Assembly: GCA_965649825.1 (NCBI GenBank)
Contig: OZ287705.1
Location: 638,990-702,989 of the forward strand
Direction: 5' to 3'
From: Penicillus capitatus
Lineage: Eukaryota > Plantae > Chlorophyta
DNA: 64,000 bases
A program made the translations under genes and the position numbers. Within the stretch, counting starts at the first letter, position 1. Every line of letters begins with the position of its first letter. Shown piece after piece: positions 1 through 8,694 of the stretch. The notes beneath the pieces were generated by a model that was given only the letters and a program-made list of their open reading frames with translations, ran no database searches and was not told the origin of the DNA.

Positions 1-15
1 TAGCCGTTAACGAAG

Positions 16-466
16 GTCCTCCTCGACTGTGGCGCGAACATCGACGCCAAAGATGATCTAAACGGCGACACGCCGCTTCATTGGGCCGCAATGTTCGGAA
101 TGGCTGAAGCCGTAAAGGTCCGTCAACGCAGTCCTCGCTGTCTCCTGAAGAATGGCCGTCAATGAAGGTCCTCGTCGACCGTGGCGCGAACATCGATGCT
201 AAGAACGTACACGGCATGACTCCTCTTCATTCGGCAGCAGATTACGGTACGGTTGAAGTCGTAAAGGTACGTCGCAGATGTGATCTGATCCTGGATATAG
301 CTGTTCAATGGCATAGGCGCTACTTGATGGTGGCGCGTCCACGTCGGTTAAGGACCTTATTGGTCGCACTCCGTATGATCGTATATGTGATAGTGATCGT
401 TATTGTTATGAGAGTACTCGGTCTGAACTCGAGTCCCTCTTGTCTCCCTCTAACAAGAGCGCATGA
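16..466 (+). CDS. Ankyrin gene A, 3' part only (5' end outside the window): two ankyrin exons plus a terminal cap exon
   Basis: Exon 16-117 VLLDCGANIDAKDDLNGDTPLHWAAMFGMAEAVK; 50-nt GT-AG intron 118-167; exon 168-266 VLVDRGANIDAKNVHGMTPLHSAADYGTVEVVK; intron 267-316; terminal exon 317-466 ALLDGGASTSVKDLIGRTPYDRICDSDRYCYESTRSELESLLSPSNKSA-TGA. Confidence 0.9.
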
Positions 467-528
467 TTCATGGCGTTTTATCATGCATTTTTTGTCTATT
501 CTAAGTCTGTCATCTATGTGCCAGACAG

Positions 529-592
529 ATGGCGCTGTGCATAAAGCTCCATCTCAACTTGCAACTCTGGATGGTGTTTAATGATTGAAGTG
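529..592 (+). promoter_or_regulatory. Conserved 3'-UTR element of the soluble ankyrin genes (candidate 3'-end processing or regulatory signal)
   Basis: GATGG(C/T)GCTGT-x-x-ATAAAGCTCCATCTCAACTTGCAACTC...TGTTTAATGATTGAAG recurs downstream of the stop codons of A (here), B (~1505-1570, minus), C (~6430-6500, minus), D (~10060-10130, minus) and F (~27165-27225, plus). Function is inferred. Confidence 0.45.
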
Positions 593-717
593 CTTTGAGC
601 GAACGGGGCATCGTTACGCGCATCTCGCGTCGGATGCGGCAATTGACATCTGGCTTGCCAGATTACTCTTGTGATTGTGTATGTGGCAATATTCCACTAG
701 CTTTCGCGAATGCAGTG

Positions 718-1111
718 AATCTAAAGCAAAAGTCCCTTGGCGCTTACGTTAGGACTCCGTCCGCCCGATTAGGCTCCTTTGCAGCTAGAAAGAATCTCGG
801 TGTTGCCGATGGCTAAATCGCTGACAAGCGTCTCACTATTTAGATAGACGAGCAGAAGATGTCATTCTATTCGATTGCCATGAATCCAGGTAAGAAGAAG
901 GGATTAGCAGGTGAAATGATAACCAACGCGTGTTACTGTGACCTCAATCGACTCCGAGCTTCTCCTGACGGACTCCCTTTTCGGGCGACAATGCATCGTC
1001 CTCTCTGCCTGAGGCAGTCTCTAAACGTTTTTCGTTTGTGTATTATCGACTGTACACTACTGCAGTCTCTACGACCTGTCGCAGCTAGATGAGATGAAAT
1101 CGAAACGGCAC
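718..1111. repeat. ~395-bp dispersed direct repeat, copy 1 (copy 2 at 5350-5744)
   Basis: AATCTAAAGCA(A/G)AAGTCCCTTGGCGCTTACG...GCAGCTAGATGAGATGAA..CGAAACGGCAC aligns collinearly with 5350-5744, at roughly 90% identity by eye. Confidence 0.9.
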
Positions 1112-1324
1112 TGTTTTGCCTGATCTCGCAATGAATACACGATCCGAATGTGTTCTGTTGTTATTTGCAGCGACGAAGATCGATCGAACGAGTGGGATAG
1201 ATTGATGAATATTTGCAACAGCACGTATTGACATCAGATTTGCATATCAAAAGCAGACAACGACACGGTCAAACGGTGCAGTAGATGATTACTGATCTCT
1301 GCAGAAAGTCGAGCCCAGATAGAA

Positions 1325-1860
1325 GCATTCTGTAGTGTTCAATGATCACCAGTGGAGAACATTCAAAGGTGAAAGTACTGCACATCTTTCAGGTAGACTT
1401 GCTCACAGCAATCTGTACACAAAGCTGACCTGCATACATCCACCCTGTACTGAGAGATACTGCTGATTGTGCGGGATCGTGTAACTTTGCTTCGCACAAC
1501 AACGCACTTCAATCATTAAACACTAATCGGAGTTGCAAGTTGCGATGGAGCTTTATATACAGCACCATCGAATTGGAGCACTAGAACATGTCTGGCATGT
1601 AGATGCCAGACCAAGAATCAACAAAAAAGAAAGTGCATGACAGAAACGCCATGAATCATGCGCTCTTTGTAGAGGGAGACAACAAGGACTCGAGCTCAGC
1701 CCGTTCACTCGCAGAACAAGTAGTATCCTCTTTCGCACATATGATGTCGTAAGGAGTGCGCCCCTCTTTGTCCATAACCGACTTGGACGCACCAAAACCA
1801 ACCAGTACCTGTGTCATCGAACAATTATACGTTGGATCTGAGAAAATCTGCGATACCTCT
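1325..1860. repeat. Duplicated 3' flank, 3'-UTR, terminal exon and last intron of gene B; matches the gene C end at ~6250-6770
   Basis: TTCAATGATCACCAGTGGAGAACATTCAAAG, CATCCACCCTGTACTGAGAGAT and the terminal exons (GRTPYD(I/L)IC...ELESLLSPSTKSA) are shared in the same order. Confidence 0.85.
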
Positions 1861-3949
1861 GCGATTTCGATCGTACCAAGTGCTGCTGCCCAGTGAAGTG
1901 GAGTTAAACTGTCTGTGGTTTTCGCTTCGAAGTCCGCGCCGCGGTCAAGGAGGACCTTCGGCAGACGACTGTTCTTCGCAGACAACGAGCATTTCGTCGA
2001 CTGGCCTTTGCGGCTTCAACATTTCCGGAAAATACTACTTGATGAAGTGGAGTCGTGCCGTCGTCGTCCTTTGCCTTGACATCCGCGCCACGGTCAAGTA
2101 GGACCTTCGTCGACAGCAATTCGTCAGAAAACATAACTGACTGCATCGTCTGACCTTTACGATTCTAACCTCACCATAATATGCTGCCGAATGAAGTAGA
2201 GTGACGCCGTGTAGGTCTTTGGTCTTGATGTTTGCGCCACGGTCAAGAAGGAACTTCGCCAGACGGCCATTCGTCAGAAAATGCAGTTGACTGCGCCAGG
2301 ATACCTTTACGAGTTTGATTTTCCCGTACGTTACTGCTCGATGAAGTGGAGTCGTGCCATCTGTATCTTTAGCCTCTATATCCGCGCCGCGGTCAAGGAG
2401 GACCTTCGTTCGACGGCCATTCTGCACAGGAGAGCAAAGATTGCGTCGACGGACCTTAACGATTTCGACGTATCCTTCCCTTGCCGCTTTGTGAAGTGGA
2501 GTGTCCCCGTCTGAGGTTTTGGCCTCGATATCCGCGCTACGGTCAACGAGGACCTTCGTTGACAGCCATTCTTCGCGAGACACGATAATTGCGTCGACGG
2601 ACCTTAACGATTTCGACGTATCCTTCCATTACCGCTTGGTGAAGTGGAGTGTCGCTGTCTAAGGTTTTGGCCTCTATATCCGCGCCGCGGTCAAGGAGGA
2701 CCTTCGGTCAAACGGCGATTCGTCAGAAAACATGGACGATTGCGTCGACAGACCTTTACGGCTTCGACTTCTCCGTACGCTGCTGCTTGATGAAGTGGAG
2801 TCCAGCCGGCTGTGGTTTTAGATTCGATATCGGCGCCACGGTCAAGGAGGACCTTCGTTCGACGGCCATTCTTCACAGACAGCGAACATTGCCGTCGACG
2901 AACCTTTACGACTTCGAAGTATCCGTCCATTGCTGCAAAAGAGAGTGGAGTCCGGTCGTATATGGCTTTAGCTTCGATATCGGCGCCACGGTCAAGAAGG
3001 ACCTTCGTTCGACGGCCATTCTGCACAGACAGCGATCATTGCCGTCGACGGACCTTTACGTTTTCGACGTTTCCGAACAATACTGCATCATGAAGTGGAG
3101 TCGCGCCATATGTATCTTTAGCCTCTATATCCGCGCCGCGGTCAAGGAGGACCTTCGTCGACAACCATTCTTCGCGCGACACGATGACTGCGTCGACGGA
3201 CCTTTACGGCTTCGACGCTTGCCATCCTTACTGCTTGATGCAGTGGAGTGCTGCCATCTGTATCTTTAGCCTCTATATCCGCACCACGGTCAAGGAGGAC
3301 CTTCAGTCGACCTCTATTTTTCACAGAGAACGAACATCGCATCGACGAACCTTTTCGACATCGATGCGTCCGATAAATGCTGCTTCATGAAGTGGAGTCA
3401 TGCCGAATTCATCTGTCTTGACCTCGATATCCGCGCCACGGTCAAGGAGGACCTTCAGTCGACCTCTATTTTTCACAGAGAACGAACATTGCGTCGACAA
3501 ACCTTTACGACTTCGACGTGTGCGTACGTTACTGCTATATGAAGCGGAGTCGAGCCGTATGTATCTTTAGCGTCTATATCCGCGCCGTGGTCAAGGAGGA
3601 CCTTCGTCAGACGGTCACTCGTCAGAAAACATGAAAGCCTGCTTCGACGGACCTTTACAGTGTCAACCTTTCCGATCCTTGCTGCTTCGTGCAGCGGAGT
3701 CGATTCGCTATTGTCCGTAGCCTAGATATCCGCGCCTCGGTCAAGTCGTTAAAACAACATGTGTCCTTCCTACCTCGGATCTGAAAAAGACGGAGTCGGC
3801 GAACGCGCCGTCTGCAAAGAAGTCTGCTCAGCAGATGACACTGCCGTCGACACAGATGCATGACCGACGACGGTACCTCGGCTGCACGTCGACTTGCGCG
3901 GAGCGACGAGCAGAAAGCAGAGGCACGTGTGCAGAACGGCGCACTTCAT
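1656..3949 (-). CDS. Ankyrin gene B: predicted secreted protein with signal peptide, 1 partial and 12 full ankyrin exons, and a two-Cys cap exon
   Basis: ATG at 3949 gives MKCAVLHTCLCFLLVAPRKSTCSR; short exon 2 ...DGAFADSVFFRSE; partial repeat ATDNSESTPLHEAARIGKVDTVK; twelve 99/102-nt exons of the VLLDRGADIEAKxxxGxTPLHxAxxxGxVExVK type at ~150-nt period; terminal exon VLVGFGASKSVMDKEGRTPYDIICAKEDTTCSASERAELESLLSPSTKSA-TGA (1656). The frame is continuous when ~50-nt introns are removed. Confidence 0.9.
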
Positions 3950-5020
3950 GTTTTCGCAGGCAAAACGTCGGAGGCACTGCGAAGAATCGTTCGTCAAACC
4001 GAAATGCGAGGTTTGAAACAAGACACGGACGACGATGTGGAATTGAATTTGTAGGCTGTCCGCGCTGTCATGCGAATCTACAGGACATCGCCTGCATTCC
4101 TTCAAGGCTATTTGCGGAAGGGTTTAAGGGCAGGGAGTCACGGGCGTCCGTATCTGAGGAGCCGTACCGTGAAAAGGCAACCTGACAGCGTCCAAGCCTT
4201 CTTGAAGCCTTTCACCGTTCTTTACACTTGCATCCGCCGACCGTCCGCAGTTCGTCGTCTGACTGCGACATGGGCATCATTCGCTCACGTTCAAGCGATC
4301 TCTTACCTGTCGAGACTGTCGCAGGCGACGACAGCCAGGGAAGACTTCGCGTCGTCGTCCTGGCAAAAAGATCGTCTCTGCGCTTCGGTTGCGAACATCG
4401 AATGGACTGTCCGAATGGACATTTAAAGGGTCATCCTGCTGCCAGCTGAACATGAACTTGTTCTCCACTGCGCTTCTGCGGCGCATCGCGTACGTTTAAG
4501 GTATGTATCCAGGGCCTTCTGCACTGATGTGCTGAGTCGACATTTATCTTAGATTACCTGTACGAAACGCTCGTCATTCGGGAATCTGTGTATCAAGCGA
4601 TGTGGACAGGAAGGGATGCGATTACAACCTTAATGTGATCTCAAGTCTGCCATGTGGTGCAGAAGGCGCTTTTTGAGTGAGGATAACTACTGCACAGTGA
4701 AGGATGCCTGATGATGTGAATCTGGCCCCAGAATGAACATGCACAAGACTCGATCTTTTACACGCAACTGACTGTTCATGCTGGCAGTGCCGTCTATTCG
4801 TCCTCCGCCGTGACATCCATAACTGCGACGCGGTGCGAAGGGAGACAAGTGATTCTGGGCTTCACTCGGGCAAGACTGTCTACGAGCTGGCAGACGTGCA
4901 AGAAGATCTTCACCAGATAGAGGCAAAACCAGGATCCAGATGACAGACAGTGTGCCCATGGAATGCACTCCGTGATTGTCGCCTGTTCGATTGTTGGCTG
5001 CTCGTAAGATGTCGCTCGAG
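3775..5020. repeat. ~1.25-kb segmental duplication of the gene B 5' exons and upstream flank (copy 2 at ~12775-14040)
   Basis: Near-identical runs such as GACATGGGCATCATTCGCT...CATCGCGTACGTTTAAGGTATGTATCCAGGGCCTTCTGCACTGATGTG and AATGCACTC(C/T)GTGATTGTCGCCTGTTCGATTG occur in both copies. Confidence 0.9.
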
Positions 5021-5349
5021 GCGTGTCTCGGAGAGAGTGCCCTAGAATTGAGTTCTTTTACTTTGAGGCGATGTGACGAGGCGCGCGCAGTGTGGCCTGG
5101 CCCGTTTCGTCAGGAAGTTGGCAAATCAGACAGTTCCGCGTTCGCGCTCTGGCTCGGACAGTCCCTGTAACGAAAACCTTCGAGGTCTACTGTGATCCCA
5201 TCGCGATGCGTTGTTTGCAAATCGAGGTTGCAGTTTTTGTTAACAAAGGCGTCATTGACACAATCCAAGGTCTTTTGTATGAACAGGTCATTTCATCGTA
5301 TCCTTCGACACATCAGTCAAATCACTGGATCCTCGGCTTGGCTGCACTT

Positions 5350-5744
5350 AATCTAAAGCAGAAGTCCCTTGGCGCTTACGATAGGACTCCTTCCGCCCGA
5401 TTAGGTTCCTTTGCAGCTAGAAAGAATCTCGGTGTTGCCGATAGCTAAGTCGCTGGCAAGCATGTCGCTATTTAGATAGGCGATCAGAAGATGTCATTCT
5501 ATTCGATTGCCATGAATCCAGGTAAGAGGAAGGCATCAGTAGGTGAAATGATAACCAACGCGTGTCTACTGTGACCTCAATCGACTCCGAGCTTCTCCTG
5601 ACGGACTTCCTTTTCGGGCGACAATGCATCGTTCTCTCTGCCTAAAACAGTCTTTAAACGTTTCGCGTTATGTGCTGTCAATTGTACATTAGTGCCGTCC
5701 CCCGCTTAGTGTCGCAGCTAGATGAGATGAATGCGAAACGGCAC
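5350..5744. repeat. ~395-bp dispersed direct repeat, copy 2 (copy 1 at 718-1111)
   Basis: Collinear match to 718-1111. Confidence 0.9.
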
Positions 5745-6564
5745 CGCTCTCCTCACATGGTAGGAAAGTCACTATCCTCAATTGGTATTTGAGCTGTTCG
5801 GACGGCAAGGAGATGTCACGAATCCAATAGATTGCCGAGATTCACACTAGCACTTGCTGAAAAGAGATCGGCACAGCAAAGGCAAGACGCTATTCAACGG
5901 TGCCGTACGTAATCTCTTTTAAAGACGATATCGAGAAGGAAGGAGAAGCTTCAAAACGCTCTTGACAATTGCGACAGCACAGTGAAGATCTGAATTCCAG
6001 TCGAAGACGTAGGAGTCGACACACACAACCTTGCTAGTACAGAACGCGTTGTCGCAGCATGCGAAAATCTCGAAAGGCAAGAAATTGTCTTAATGTCCAT
6101 TGCGCACTCTGAGTACGTGTTAGCCAGATTCTGCAGTGCATCTTCCTTTCTAGCTTTTCAAATCTTCACTGTGTAAGACATCCATCAACAACGAAGCGTA
6201 TGGGCGGGTGTTAGAAACATAATCTGGAGGAGGCTGAGGGAATGGAGGACTTCTGTATTGTTCAATGATCACCAGTGGAGAACATTCAAAGATGAAGGCA
6301 CCGTAATCCCTTCAGCGTAGACTTGTTCACGGCAATCTGTACACAAAGTTGACCTGCATCCATCCATCCACCCTGTACTGAGAGATGCTGCTGATTGTGC
6401 GAGATGCACGTAATGACGATGCACAGAACAACAAACTAATCATTAAACACCATTCAGAGTTGCAAATTGAGATGGAGCTTTATGTACAGCACCATCTGTC
6501 TGGCACATAGATGACAGACCAAGGATAAAAACAAACAGGATATGCATGACAGAAGCGCCATGAA

Positions 6565-8694
6565 TCATGCGCTCTTTGTAGAGGGAGACAACAGGGACTC
6601 GAGTTCAGATCGAGTACTTTTGGAACATGTCGTATAAGCACCAATACATATGAGGTCGTAAGGAGTGCGCCCCTCTTTGTCCACAACCGACTTTGACGCA
6701 CCAAAGTCAAGCAGCACCTATGCATAGGACAACTATACCTTCGATCTGAGAAAATCTGTGCGTTACCTTTACTCTTCCAATCTCGGCTTGGTATGCTGCT
6801 TGATGCAATGAGGTCTTGCCGTCTTCATCTGCCGCCTCGGTGTTTGCGCCGGCTTCGAGAAGGAGCTACGATCACGGCCATTACTTAGCAGACGGCACAG
6901 GGTTGCGTCGACGGACTTTAATGGTGTCATCCATTCCGAACAGTACTGCACAAAAAAGCGAAGTTTCTCCAGAATAATCCTTCGCCTCGGTGTCCGCGCC
7001 TCTGTCGAGGAGAACCTGCGCCGATGGCCATTCCTTAAGTCACAGCAGAAGGCTGCGCCGACGGACCTTTATGGCTTCGAGGTGTTCAAAGTACACTGCT
7101 GTATGAAGTGGCGTCCTTTGGTTGTTGTCCACCGTTTCGATGTCTGCGCCTCTGTCGAGAAGAACCTGCCTCAACGGCCATTCCTCACGATACTGTAATA
7201 TTTGCATCGACCGACCTTTATGGCTTCGACCTTTCCCGTCGCTGTAGCGTACTGAATTGGAGTACGTTCAAACCACGTCTTCGCCTCGATCTCCGCGCCG
7301 CCGTCGAGGAGGATCTACGCAACGGCCCATTCCTCACGAAACTGCGGTGCTTAGGTCGACGGACCTTGATGGTTTCAACCAGTCCGAGCCTTGCCGCAAA
7401 ATGAAGTGCAGTAGATCCGTAATCGGTCGACGCCTCGGTGTCCGCGCCGCCATCGAGGAGGATCTACGTCAGCCGCCATCCTTGCGGGAAAGCGAAAGGT
7501 GCACAGACGTACCTCTACGACTTTAACGCTTCCTTTCCGTGCCGCGTAGTGTAGCGAAGTCCATCCATTGTCGTCCTTAGCGTCGATCTCCGCGCCTCTG
7601 TCGAGGAGGATCTACGGCCATTCGAATGGGGAAGAGAAAGTCGCGTTGACGTACCTTCACGACTTTAGCGCTTCCTTTCCGCGCTGCAAAATGAAGTGGA
7701 GTCCGTCCACTATTGGTCGATGCCTCGATCTCTGCGCCGCCGTCGAGGAGGATCTACGCTGACGGCTATTCTTGTCAGAAGAGAAAGTTGCATCGGCCTA
7801 CCTCTACGACTTCAAGACTTCCTAACTCTGCCGCGTAATGGAGAGGAGTCCGTCCCCTAGTGTTCGTCGCCTCGATCTCTGCACCTCGGTCGAGGAGGAT
7901 CTGTGACGGCGGCCATTCCTCACGAGACGGTGATATCTGCGTCGACGTACCTTTACGATTTCAAGACTTCCTATCTCTGCTGCATGATGAAGTGGAGTAC
8001 AGCCGTAGACATCTTCCTTGGCATCGACATCTGCGCCTTGATCCAGCAGGTCCTGCGCGTGACACTGCTCGACAAGGAGATTCGAGCGGAGTGAGTCGCA
8101 CCTTTACGCGTTCTACTTCTCCGCTACTAGCTGCCTCATGAAGTGCAGTCCATCCGTCCTCGCCAACAGGCCTATCGTTGACGGTTCCCTGATTGAACGC
8201 ACTCTTAGACTGTATCATCGATCTGTAGCTCTATGTTGGTGACGCGTCGGTCTACCGGATAGGTTTTCTGGGTTCCGTCGCCGTTCTAAGCAAAAAACAC
8301 GGCGCTACTGTTCTGCGGCGTTAAATTGTAGGTCGATTACTTGTTCGAATTTTCGGTCCGAGGCTTCGGCGTAGTAGATTCCTACGAAGCGAGACAGTCG
8401 CTCGGGCGAGGAACAACGCACGTGTGTCGCGTTACCTCCGTGGCGTGCGTCGTCTACGTTCTGTACATGGGGGGCGCAGAACCGTCATTCAGTAAAGGGT
8501 CAAAGCAAAAGGAGCCGTACCGAGAATCTCGACGAGACGGAGTTGGCGGACGCGTCGTCGACAAAGAAGTCTGCGGCGCAGCAAGACATCGCCGTCGACA
8601 CAGATGTATGGACGACGGTACCGCGGTTGCCTGTTGACGGGCGCGGAACAAAGATCAGAAGACTGAGCCACACGCTGAATGTTGTCAGCTTCAT
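6565..8694 (-). CDS. Ankyrin gene C: predicted secreted protein with signal peptide, 4 micro-exons, ~10 ankyrin exons and a two-Cys cap
   Basis: MKLTTFSVWLSLLIFVPRPSTGNR (73 nt); micro-exons of 50, 25, 41 and 30 nt (DFFVDDASANSVSSRFS / NVDDARHG / GIYYAEASDRKFEQ / NGDGTQKTYP); repeats such as DLLDQGADVDAKEDVYGCTPLHHAAEIGSLEIVK and ILLDGGAEIEAKTWFERTPIQYATATGKVEAIK; cap VLLDFGASKSVVDKEGRTPYDLICIGAYTTCSKSTRSELESLLSPSTKSA-TGA. Confidence 0.88.

Noticed and set aside
718-1111. The 395-bp repeat as a MITE or other transposon
   Set aside because: I found no terminal inverted repeats or target-site duplications. It is collinear with the duplicated B/C downstream flank, so segmental duplication explains it.
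1950-3610. Regular ~150-nt periodic GGTCAAGGAGGACCTT repeats with variable intervening sequence, resembling a CRISPR array
   Set aside because: The constant part is the splice acceptor plus ankyrin framework codons on the minus strand. The period is far too long, the context is eukaryotic, and there are no cas genes.
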